DNA from: Tubulanus polymorphus
Lineage: Eukaryota > Animalia > Nemertea
NCBI RefSeq assembly: GCF_964204645.1
Contig: NC_134029.1
Coordinates: 21,508,950 to 21,572,949, forward strand
Direction: 5' to 3'
DNA: 64,000 bases
Under the pieces are notes generated by a model. That model worked only from the letters and a program-made list of their open reading frames with translations. It was not told the origin of the DNA and searched no databases. The stretch's first letter is position 1. Each line of letters opens with the position of its first letter. Made by a program: the position numbers and the translations under genes. This document shows positions 39,395 through 50,815 of the stretch, in pieces.

Positions 39395-40890
39395 TCACTT
39401 ATAGATCCCACTTTTATTCCGATGATTCACTTATCACTACAATACTCAACGCACAATTATTTTTTCTGAATATACCGCCGCGGTTGCTCAGAAAATACCA
39501 TGTAAAATGTATTTGTAACGTTTTAAAACTTTAGAATCATGGGCGCAGCCATTTTCTTTTGTATCCGGTAAGGTGGCACCACTGTACGGCGTACACCAGT
39601 ACAGCATTTTCAGCGGGCCGGACGAAGGTTCTTTTTATCCGATCGTAAATCCATGATATCGATCTCAAATATCGAATGCTCGCCTCGCCTTGAATCAATC
39701 AATCTTCGCACCTGTTCGCCAAAATGACACATTCGCCAGGCTCCTGATACAATCGCAACCAGCAGGCGCCAAATAGATATCGCTTTTCTGGGGATCTCAG
39801 AATCACATTTTAAACAATCCAACGACAGCAAAGACGAATCTAGGATTCTTTGAAGGGAGTGGAACTCAAAATCTGAGTGGGTATACTTAAATTTGAAAAG
39901 GGCATATTTGAGAGTGCAATGTTTTGGTGGTCAGCGCATAAAGGACAAAAAGAGGCGTCTGACCCTTTTGTTTTTAGTGTTTTCAAAATTTTCTTTGCAA
40001 AAAGATTCTTTTAGAACCTGCACATTCTAATTTTGATGGAGTGGACCACTCTTCGATCCACCCCCTATATCCGCCCTGGACAGAAAAGGTGAAACGTGAA
40101 GCAGCTTATCGTTTTACTTTTATGCACACGAGCGTTCCAGAATGCATTCCGAATGTTTGAATTCTAAGGGGGGGGGGTGTTTTTTACGAAATTGAATTTG
40201 ATTCGAGCTAAATCCAGTTCGACGTCGGACAGCGAAAAGGGATTAGTAAATCGAATCGTTTATCGTTATTGATAAGTCTAATCGCCAATTTATCAATTTG
40301 ACGTCGCGACTCGAAAAGAAAGATGGGTTTTTAGTGGTGACAGATGATCGGTGATTCGATTGTTTCGCTCATTAAAAATGTGCATCTCCCCGACAAAAAA
40401 CCAATCACACGCTAAAATTTTCTTTGCAGGATCGCCGAACACGGCGACTACTTACACAGCCCTTTGAAAATTATGTAGATGAAAGTAATTACAAACTTGG
40501 CAGCCGTCACGCTGTAACTTCATCTGATATAGAGTAAATAATTCCGAAAAAACGTTTTGATATTTGAGATTTGTCATCAGCTGAATAAAGTCAATATGGA
40601 TGTAAGCGCCTGACATTTAAGCCTGACCAGGTGCGAGGCGCAGACGACTGCAGCCAATCCCCGAGACATTTTTAAGAATTCACACATGAATCTTGTTACG
40701 TGCCTCGATGATCATTTTTAGTGTCTGCACACGTTTTTATCAACGCCGACAGCTGCGAACGAAGAGGGGTCGACTAGATTCAACCTAGCATAATTAAGCC
40801 AATGGCCCTATTTAGTGAAATAGTTTGTTAAAAAACACGGTGCTCCGATTGAGATTTTGGGACGGTCCTTAATTAAATATCGGAAAATCG

Positions 40891-40900
40891 TATATAAATA
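40891..40900 (+). promoter_or_regulatory. TATA box of the secreted cysteine-rich peptide gene
   Basis: TATATAAATA lies ~25-30 bp upstream of a putative non-coding exon ending GAAAG|gtaata (40962). The next acceptor (tttcag, 41416) precedes the ATG exon. Confidence 0.65.
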
Positions 40901-41435
40901 CCGCAGATGTCATATCTGCAAAACACTTTCTGCTCTGAGGTGCGCATCGACACAGGTGAAAGGTAATATTTTTCAAAGTTGTTTTCTTAAGGGAATTTTT
41001 GATTTTTTACTATGGAAATATATTGAATGAAAATAGATTGAGCAGTTGGAATATTATTGATTTATATAAACTACGTTATATCGTAGCCGTTTCAATTGAC
41101 AAAAAAACAACAATTCAAATTAATATTATTCTAATCAGATAGTGATGGTTGTTTGGTGCCATGTTCTAAAAGTGTACGAGACTCAAATTCTATGTAACAC
41201 GAAAATTTAATGTCACGCTAAAACTAACAAACTAAAAAATTGTTAAAACAAAAATTCATTGAAGATTGAGTCTTATATCATATAGAAATTATATGGTCCG
41301 AATCAGCCACATTAGAAATCTGTTTCAAAATGGCGTTTCCGGTAAAAATCGGCCAAGATCATCTTAGATTTGTCGCGGATTTGCCTTTGATCTGATTTTT
41401 TCATCCTCAGTTTCAGGAACCGAATTGAGAAAAAC

Positions 41436-42640
41436 ATGAAATTGGTATTACTAGCTCTAGCTGTACTTTTGGTCGTCACGGCCGGTCAGTAAACATTATA
41501 TTCCATAGACATTCAACAAACATTATCATAATTTCAAAACCTTTACATTTGCGTCGTCGAAATATCATATTTTAGCATTGGAAGCGGGACAAGATCCATG
41601 TGATCCAAATGTGAGTAAAAATCATCATATCATGAAACATCGAAACGCACTCGTATAACGTATTTCAATATCATATCAGGCTATTCTGAATCGAAGTTTA
41701 AAAATTCTAAAAAATATAAAAATCTTATATATGTATATGATGTTTTGGAAAATGCATTTACTTCAGCAATATGCGCTGATGGGGATGTTCACATTTTTTT
41801 AATATAAGAGTTGACCTTATTTCGTTAAATAATATAAGTTAAGGTACATGGTGTACATTAATAGCGATACCAACGAACAAGTTCTTATAAAACAGATCAA
41901 GTCAAAAACGGGATGAGAAGGGAAATAATTAATGATGTTGAGATCGATTCTCCGTAATTCAACGTTTAAATCACTGGTCATCTCATTCAGAACTTCATAT
42001 TTTCATATTTCAAACACGTGTTAACTATTTCTTTTTAATTATCTTTTATTTTTATAATTGAATCCGTATTGACATTTGTAAGTAGTTTTTTTATGCTTCT
42101 GACAATTATCAATTATCTTATTCGTTTTTAAGTTATAGCGAGTCAAACTTCCAAATAAGGTTTTCTTGGGTCCCTCATGCGTGCATCTTTATATCAGGAC
42201 ATCTCAAAATTTTACCGCGGGTCCCGACTTTGTTAAAAAATCAAATCTTGCAGCAAGGCTTAATTTCATTCTCAAAAGAAATGTTTTTAAGCCACCAATC
42301 GTTTATATTTTCTCTATCAGCCTTGCCAAGGAACTAATGTCTGCAAAGATACAAGCCATGGTAATGTAACTGGATATAGTTGTCAGCCTCCAGGAGGCGG
42401 TGATCTTTGTGCTCAACTGCGGGCACAATTAGTAAGTTAAGCAACTGACTTTTAGAGGTTGAACATCTTTCCATTTATGTATTCTTTAATCAAAATTATA
42501 CTATACGATTCAAAATTCTGAGACTTGAGGCTCGGGGTAGGTTGTATATCATTATATATCCTCGGTTTTGTTTGTAGCCTGGCTGCAACTGTGTAAAAAC
42601 ACACCATGCCAATGGTACTACAAGTGCTTCCTGTTCGTAA
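41436..42640 (+). CDS. Small secreted cysteine-rich peptide precursor (85 aa, 8 Cys, EGF-like N-terminal module), uncharacterised
   Basis: Exons 41436-41484, 41576-41610, 42321-42431 and 42578-42640, all with GT-AG boundaries and matching phases (1,0,0). They give MKLVLLALAVLLVVTAALEAGQDPCDPNPCQGTNVCKDTSHGNVTGYSCQPPGGGDLCAQLRAQLPGCNCVKTHHANGTTSASCS*. Typical signal peptide; aaacATG start context. Confidence 0.85.
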
Positions 42641-43653
42641 ACGACCCTATCTACGTAAGTAAAATAAATCACTTACTCAATCCGTGCTTGGAACTAATCT
42701 CGACGACCATAACTAGTACCAAAAATACATGCTAGTACTTGTATTTCTGTTTTCCAGATGGCCAGAAGAAATTCGCAGCCTTACATCAAACATCTAATTC
42801 ATCCTAAATGAATATCTTCCGTCTTTGTATGTCTGTTACGTTTTCCATATGAATATAATCTCTACTGTATAAACTCTTAAAAACGTTTTTTTCTCGTTTT
42901 TATATGCTACGCATGTGGAATTACGATCGGAGACGAGGAGGGCTTAAAACCCGTGTGTACATGGTTTTTTTTTGTGTTTTGCCACCATCTTTTATGTGGA
43001 GCTGAGCTCGCTTCCGGTGGAAATGTATTTCTATTCTTGTTTTATGGAATCTCAAGTACGCGCTGCCATGTGAACGACAAACATTTGTAAGACTAGACGA
43101 GACGACCGAACGACGAAATGAATTATTACTTGTGAATATGATGTATATTCTAGATAAAATATTCGAAGCCATTGAGACAAAGCCAATTCTGATAATCTAA
43201 GACATACAGTTTGGTCCATAATAATAACAACAACAGGGCCTAAACAAAAGCACGAGTTAAACGAGTACAATTAACCGATTTTTAAAGATTAAGCCATGGG
43301 AACAGTAATTTCTAAGCCATAAGAATATATACATATTCATGAATTTTGTAAACCACAAAGCCATTAGCACAGTACGTGTATATGATTAAAGATCAAGAAA
43401 GCCATTTGTTACGAAGTAAATCAGATAAAAGATTTAAGCCATTTGCAAAAAGTTCCAATCATTCTTACATTCAGATTCAAAAATAAATTCGCAATCATTT
43501 TTTTTTTAAAGATAAACAAGGTAAACTTCCTAAACCATAACAATGATATAGGCGTGTATCCGGATGAGTTACAAAAACAGTGGTTCATAACTTCGGGTCG
43601 AGAGGAATGCTTTACGTTACCACCGTTAACGCGAAATAAACGTCCACATTTTT

Positions 43654-44589
43654 TTATTGATCTAATGGATAGTTATCGGAATAAATGCCTTCTCTGAAAT
43701 CATATGTTTGATTTTGAGAGATTTGTTGTTGGCAGTCACCAGCTACAGCGAAATTAGCGATCTCTTCTGTGTTCATAACCGAATGATTTACGATATAATC
43801 TAAAATATCCCAGTCAGATATAGGTTCCAGTTGGCATTGTTCCGTTAGATACGAAGAAGATGGACTGGCGTGGTCTTGTCGCGGGACACATTCAGGAGAC
43901 AGGATATCTGACAAATCCTGTTGCGACAGTAACGCGTCTAGAGAATCGTGTTGAGGACTGGAATATCCGAATAGAGGCACGACACTGTTACAATTCCACG
44001 TATCCGGAGTATCCGGTATATTCGACTGCATCACTGTATAACCCGTCTGTTGCGTATCCGACTGCTGCATGCTGTCGTCCGCAGTTTGACTCGGCTCGGT
44101 AAAGAATGACGACGGTAAAGGGCGTCCACGCAACGGCAAATTACTTTTAGTCGAGTTATCGGTACAACATTTCTCATGTAGGGTCCGCGGGTCGAACAGG
44201 TCCTGTAGTGATTTCTGCTGCGCTCGTCGGTGATTTGGTTTCGTTATTTTCCTCATTTTACGCGACGGTTGCCCGTCGTTTCGAGTGCTAATCGGGATGA
44301 AATCATTCGGCGACGTGGGGACCCCAGACGTAAGAAAGTTTGAGGATTGGTCTTTCCCGGTCTTGTCTATCGGCTGTGAGTGCCCACGTTGTTTTTTATC
44401 AGATTTTTGTCCGTTACTGGTCAGACTGCTGCTTTGTTTAGTTTTTATTTGTCTCTGTATATATTTACGATGATTAACGCGCTTTCTAGAAGTCGGTTTA
44501 TCCAACACTAACTTGATACTTGACGACGCTATGTCCATAAACTGCAACAGTCCGGAAGATGTATCTTGCGGTTCACTCGGATTTTCCAT
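43654..44589 (-). CDS. FAM181: FAM181 family protein (TEAD-binding omega-loop motif), intronless, ~311 aa
   Basis: LLQFMDIASSSIKLVLDKP..RKRVNHRKYIQRQIK is the FAM181 N-terminal block. LPLRGRPLPSSFFTEP is the YAP-like omega loop. The first ATG (MENP) is at 44589. Confidence 0.92.
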   Translation of the reverse strand: MENPSEPQDTSSGLLQFMDIASSSIKLVLDKPTSRKRVNHRKYIQRQIKTKQSSSLTSNGQKSDKKQRGHSQPIDKTGKDQSSNFLTSGVPTSPNDFIPISTRNDGQPSRKMRKITKPNHRRAQQKSLQDLFDPRTLHEKCCTDNSTKSNLPLRGRPLPSSFFTEPSQTADDSMQQSDTQQTGYTVMQSNIPDTPDTWNCNSVVPLFGYSSPQHDSLDALLSQQDLSDILSPECVPRQDHASPSSSYLTEQCQLEPISDWDILDYIVNHSVMNTEEIANFAVAGDCQQQISQNQTYDFREGIYSDNYPLDQ

Positions 44590-45704
44590 TTCGATAGCAA
44601 AGTTAACGGCCACTAAAAACTTCAACGATAAAAGTTCGATATTTATGTTACCGAATCGTCAAACCTCTTACTTCATGCTGTAATCTCTATTTACATCCTG
44701 ATCTTAGATGGTATATTTGTGTTTCTAAATGAAAGACACATCTCTCTCCAGTCGTGCAGATTTCCCCATTTAGGCTATAGCTACCGATACGACACCGATA
44801 CGACAGCCGTTATAACGCATCCACCCACAGACTGAGATAATCCTCGTGTCGTGTCTGTCGGCTGTATAAATCAACCCCAAAAACCACGCCGATTCAAATA
44901 TATTTCCAGAACAAGCGATCGACCAGAAGCGCTTAATGGCCATTAGTGGGCCCTAAACGGCACCGCGACATCTACGGCTTTGTAAAAAGAAGACATTACT
45001 TCAAACATAAAGCATTTAGTTTCGCATTATGTTTCGACTTGTTTTATCAATCATGTTTCTTCTGATATTTCACGTGTGAAGTTAACCGCTTTTAGATATG
45101 ACGATCCCCGTGGCTGAACTGATCGCTGGGTCTTCATAACATTCGTTTCTATAGGTGTTACACGTTTTTTTTTTTCAAAATTGACATAAAACGCCACTAG
45201 TATTTTCTAACATAAAACGGGCGCTTACGATTTAACGATCGTGGGTGAAATTGAATCCTAGGCGTCAGAAATTCGAACTAGTAATATTTGGCGTACATAT
45301 ACGTGATATATGAAATAGCAATAAAAATGCATTATTCATTTTATCGCGAATAACAATTTATTTTACAAACAATAATCACTAAGCGTTTAATGGAAGTAAT
45401 TTGCGGAAAGATCGTGCCTATGCAAACTGCAAAATGACATCAAATTACACGATTCAACGAACCCAATTACAGCTTTGATTATTGTATTGTGCAAATCAAA
45501 AATAGATATATTTCCGATGGTTTGAGTAGAATTCACGTCCACATTTCCATGGATTTGACTAAATTTTGGAAAATTAACGTTTTTCGCCAGATGTCGCATG
45601 TTCCAAAAGGCTATAATCTAAATTCTATTTGGCGAATTGCATTATTTGATTATGTAGTTGAATGGGATCAATGTATTCTTGAGATACAAACTTCGATTTG
45701 GTTA

Positions 45705-46655
45705 TTAGCAAATTCCGATACAGGTAATTTTCCGCACGAAAAACGAACGTATTTCTTTACCGAGTAAAAGGTAAATGTAGAAATTGACCACATAATTGCA
45801 AGAATGGAGTTGCGAAAAGACGTTCAAGTAACTGATATGCGAGTTGGTAACTGGCAGAAAAATGACTACAGTTGATGGCATGGTTAGCACCGCGAAACTA
45901 ATGGACACCGTCACAAGCATTATTGTGGTTCGTTTCGTTTTTGACGATTTGTCGTCGGATGAAGCTATATTTGGTCCGACGAATAAATAGGATATGATTA
46001 CAGAATTGGAACAAACTATGAGTGTCAGCGGTACGATATACACGTAAATAACGTAAAATGTGAAATTGATCGTCTGATCGGCTAATTGAAAATAGCATCC
46101 CTGTAAATCGCTAGAGTAGTTCATCATCGTCATGTTGAAATAGCAGATCGGGCTGAAATTGACCAAGAATATGAAAATGATGACGGCCCGAGCGAATCTA
46201 GGGGTACAAATTGAGCGGGCGGTGAAGGGAAACAGCACAACCGCAACTCGTTCTAGAGAAATAGCAACTATTAACCAGGAACTGTTACAAGCTGCATATT
46301 GTAGTAATATCTCGAATATTCTACAGCCGGTTAACGAATTGAATATGTAAATAGGCGCAGAAATCGGACTTACGCGTATAAGAAAAAACTGTAACATCGG
46401 CAATAACATAGCACTGATACAATATAGAAAGTCGCAGACGGATAAAACGATGAGATAATTAGCGTAGGATAATCTTCGAAATCGACTGCGTATCATCACC
46501 AGAAAAGTCGACAAATTGCCAAATATGCCCAAAAACAACTGAATGGGCAGTAAAATTAAGGAGAACAGCTGGAATGCGCCAGTCTTGTTCTCAACAGACA
46601 TCAGGTTTATGTAACTGTTATACGGTCGTCCAATCTCGGCAAAAGATGAATTCAT
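45705..46655 (-). CDS. Intronless rhodopsin-family (class A) GPCR, peptide-receptor-like orphan, 316 aa
   Basis: Seven hydrophobic segments; N-terminal N-glycosylation sites (NSS, NKT); GIFGN (TM1), LSVCD (TM2), C..ISLERVAVVLFP (TM3), YIVP (TM5), FAVLTMP (TM6), NYVVNFYIY (TM7). Confidence 0.9.
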   Translation of the reverse strand: MNSSFAEIGRPYNSYINLMSVENKTGAFQLFSLILLPIQLFLGIFGNLSTFLVMIRSRFRRLSYANYLIVLSVCDFLYCISAMLLPMLQFFLIRVSPISAPIYIFNSLTGCRIFEILLQYAACNSSWLIVAISLERVAVVLFPFTARSICTPRFARAVIIFIFLVNFSPICYFNMTMMNYSSDLQGCYFQLADQTINFTFYVIYVYIVPLTLIVCSNSVIISYLFVGPNIASSDDKSSKTKRTTIMLVTVSISFAVLTMPSTVVIFLPVTNSHISYLNVFSQLHSCNYVVNFYIYLLLGKEIRSFFVRKITCIGIC

Positions 46656-47041
46656 TATGATGAAGCTTTCAGCTCAATATATTTTTGATATTCAATACCG
46701 TGCATACATAATAGCCGAAACCAATCATATGAGTGATACTCTATTCGTGGTAATATTTTTATCGGGTGTTGGGGATATATTCGTAAAAAGTTTCGGTTAC
46801 GGTATATCTGAGAAACATGATATTCTGTAGCGAAAATGAAACGAGTCTGATGCAGAATATCGATTTAGTTTAGGAGTCATTGAATTACGTTTACTAAAAA
46901 TTCAATGAATATTCTGACAACACAGTCCATGTCTATACAAATCAAAAACTATTCCGCAATGGGTTAATCTATATAAACAAGAAGTTATACGTAAAATAGA
47001 TTTTTATTTAATTGAAATATTATTGTACTATGTACTTGATA

Positions 47042-50000
47042 TCATGTTTTTGTATGTTTAGGGTTCCACATGTCGGCTAGTGCCGTTTGTATATCTGAGT
47101 CAATTTCTTTGATCGTTCCGTCTTTGAAGCGAATATAACGACACCTTTTCAAAACCTCCACGGAGTCCGGATCGAGACCGTTTAAGTCCCATTCTTCGGG
47201 ATATTTCTGCAGGAAAGCCGTCATCGTCATCGGTGGTAATTTCCTCTCAGCGATTTCTCGAGCTTTCGACAGCTTAGCTTCTATCTTCTGTTGTCGACGT
47301 CGGGCTTTCGAAGCTAGATTTTCCTTTCGTATCTTTTCTTCCTCTGTGAAAGAAAAAGCGTAAGAAAAGTATTAAATCGGACAAAATGAACGAAGATGAA
47401 CGAAGTGGCACATTTAAAAACCAAATTCATTCAATTAACAAGACATTCTGTAGGGAACCATAAGATTGTATTCAAGAAAAAATCTGACGCCGTAGAAAAT
47501 GAAAAGTTTGGATGTCGTGAAGATTTTCAAGATAGTAAATTAAGGTTTTAGAAATGATGGCATTGGGTATACGCATACTACCCCGCTCACTGAATCATTA
47601 ATTGGTTAATGATTTTTTTTTACTAAATGAAGGCGTTTGAATTGATCGGGGATGCGACGCTATGGTTACAATGATTAACAAATTCTAAGCCGACGGAAAT
47701 TCGACCGATGTTTTTCTCGTCAGCTCTTGGGGTATCCTAGTAACCGATAATGTCGTCTGCCCCGGGTGTAAGCATATAAACGATAATCTTTTCCCTTCGC
47801 GTATTCATTCATATCTATCGGTATACAGCTTGTATCCCATTTGGGAACAGCTTTCTGACTTGTTATCTATTTAGCTATCGGGTGCCCAATCTCAAAGGAT
47901 CTGTGAACTATTGAAACAAAATAAATGCAGTTCAAAGCGAAACCGTGTTGTTGTCCTATAGTCGTGACTCGCAGCGATCAAGCTAAAATCAAGAAAAAAG
48001 TTTCGTGTGCGAAAAGAAACTCTACGTAGAACTAAAAATAAGATGATACAATAAGAGAAAACTATCTAAACTAACGGTTACGCTCTGCTCGCAGTTTACG
48101 GTGCAAATACTTTTCAAATTGGTGACGGAAGCGAATGGAACGTAACAAAGTCACATGATAAATAATATATAAGTTCTAATTATAAATATATGTAGTGAAC
48201 TATAAATGGTGTACTGTATTTGTTTGAAAGAAAAAGCTAATTACAGTTTTTACAAATCAAGTGTTAAACGTTTCCGAGGACACCATTCTGGAAAAAAACG
48301 TGGAAACGAAACAGAACTAAGATAATATGAATATAAATATCTACAAATAATACATATTGTATATGCATACATCATATAACGTAAACTACAAACACGTACG
48401 AATAAATAGAATGTTGGACATACAAATCAGGTATGTATATACATCTACTATAAACGCTATTAGGCTAAAACTACTTCTGTTTCAATTGGAGTATTGGACT
48501 AACCCGAACAGGTACATATAATACGATACAGACACTGATTCTTACCTGAGTAACAGTATACCTATAAAACAACAGACATATTTAAGTAAGGGAGAACAAT
48601 ATGATATGCCTGATTCCACTGACTAATTCTATATGTATATACGTTATTTCGTGATGGTAAATTATGTAGAATATGTTCGCAGGCTCCAGATTCAAAAGCA
48701 CATTTGTTTTGGAACGCATCAGATCTTTCATACAGGGCATTGTAATATGAGTGTTTACTGGGCCCAACTCACATCCTGAGATTTAGAAATAACGATTAGT
48801 CATCAAAATAAAGAATTGTTATCTTAACAAAATTAGACGCTTTCGTTATATAATTTCAAACAAGAAAATAAGGATCCATTTCAAGTGATTTAAATCATAT
48901 CAGCGCGCATGGAAAATGTCCTAAAACGATTTCAATGTCTAATAAAATGGTAGACTAATGCTTTAATGTACATTCAGCCTTAGTGTACTAATGGACATAA
49001 GTATATTAAACGATGTCAATCATTAGGAACGTTAAGGGATTAGATATTGAATGCGATTTTCCTTAATGGAAAACCGTGTCATTCATCTGTCTTACGGTTT
49101 GAACAATACTTCGTTTTTCGCATCGATGAATTCACTTAAATTGCCAAAAGTATGTCAGTGAGCCGCGAAACGGAGTCGACTGATATGACAGACGTGTTTG
49201 TGTATTTGAAGAAAAATTTCTTTATTAGAGACATATTTGTTTTACAGCGTACAATAAAAATCAAATACGAGATTTAAATTTGCATAGGTTTTAGTTTGTT
49301 TTATGCCCCTAGTCATTAGATGGTTTTACCACATCCAATTTTTATCATATCCATTTTGATTATTTGGATGAAAAACTGTTATTTGGTATGTTTGCCATTA
49401 CTTGAAATCATTTCCCGTTTTAGTTATACGGTCTACCGGTTCTAAGGTTTATATATTGAAATCATTAAGAAATAAGTCGATGAAAATCCCTTACCTTCTC
49501 GTTCCATTTTCGCGAAGAACTTTTGTATTCTGTTTTCGTTTTCGTGGTTTATTTCTATTTGCCTCTCGAGTGCTTTATCTCGTAAATAAATAGCTCTAGT
49601 CGATGGGACGTCGCTATCAAATGGTTTCGGTGGAACCTCCAATGGTACTATATTACCCCGTTTATCCCGTGTATAAGCAGTATACGGCTCCTCTAGAATT
49701 TGTTTTTTCATCAGTTCCGTTTCTTTTGCTTTCTTCCTCATGAATTCGAGCATTGTCATATTTTTCGCGTCATCGTTTTGTTCACGATCTTGGCAGGATG
49801 TTTCTAGGCTAGTGCGAACTTCTTTTTCAGTTTGCGACGAATTGATATTTGATAGCTCACCTATAGGGGGTAATATTGCCACCAAACCGGTCACTTTCTC
49901 ATCGTCAATCGGTTTATTCGCATCAGAAATTTGAGCAATGAAAGTATCGTTTAATTCCGGTTCGGTTTTCAGCGGTTTCTCGTTATTATTCACGGAATTC

Positions 50001-50815
50001 GAAACATCTTCATTACTTTCTTCTCTTATCCGGCGTCGAGTTATCGGGTCACCTAAATCGCTTAGATTCACCTCTAGTACCTTGGATGACTCGCGTACTA
50101 GATATGGTTTCGGTTGTTTTTCATCCTGTTTTTGCGAGGCTTTTATTATCAAATCGTGATTTTTTAGATTTTCAGTCGTAAGCAATTCTACATCTTCCTC
50201 GGTCGGCTTTTTGATTAAAGGTTCCTCATGCACCGCTGTCGTAACGCTTTTTTTCCTATTTTGACGAAATCCTTCGTTCTTTTCATCGTTCGCTATTTCG
50301 TCTTCTTCGATTTTCAGTAAATCGACTTTGTTTTTCTTATCGGTCGCGTCGTCGTCGTCGTTTGATCTAATCGGATTCAATTTCCGTTTTTGTAGTTTCG
50401 TTTTGAACAATTCGCCGAGTATTTCTCTAGATTTGTAATCGTATTCGTCGAGGATCTGTTGAACTTTTCTATCGCGAGTATCCCGTTCGATCTGCAGCCT
50501 GGCTTCCTCTTGTTTGTATTGCCAACTCGCCCTCATCATTCGTCGTTTGTCCTGGTGAACGCGTTTCAGGTCTTTGAACGTTTGGAATTGCGCTTTATTC
50601 ATTCGATCCACTGTCAGGTTCTGTTCTCGAAAACACCAATTTATTTTACGCATCATTTCGACTCGTGTAGCCAAATTGAACGATTGAACCCGCGGACTCA
50701 TCTCCGCCTGCCGCATCGATGAGCGCAACAAGCTTAGATTATCGCCGCTCATTTTGCTCATGCTCGTCGTCGGCTTCCTTCGTTTCGTCTGCTGAACTTG
50801 GCCTTGCGCTTTCAT
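47042..50815 (-). CDS. Uncharacterised charged coiled-coil protein, two exons (50815-49495, 47343-47042), ~540 aa
   Basis: The 457-aa ORF has a donor GAAG|gtaagg at 49494. It joins in phase 1 to acceptor ttcacag|AG at 47343, continuing EEEKIRKENLASKARRRQQKIE..MTMTAFLQKYPEEW..VLKRCRYIRFKDG..KHTKT*. Confidence 0.8.

Noticed and set aside
47350-49490. Nested coding gene in the coiled-coil gene's intron (splice-like signals at ~47900, 48545, 48775)
   Set aside because: All three frames after the candidate acceptor close quickly and no coherent ORF could be built; non-coding exons cannot be excluded.
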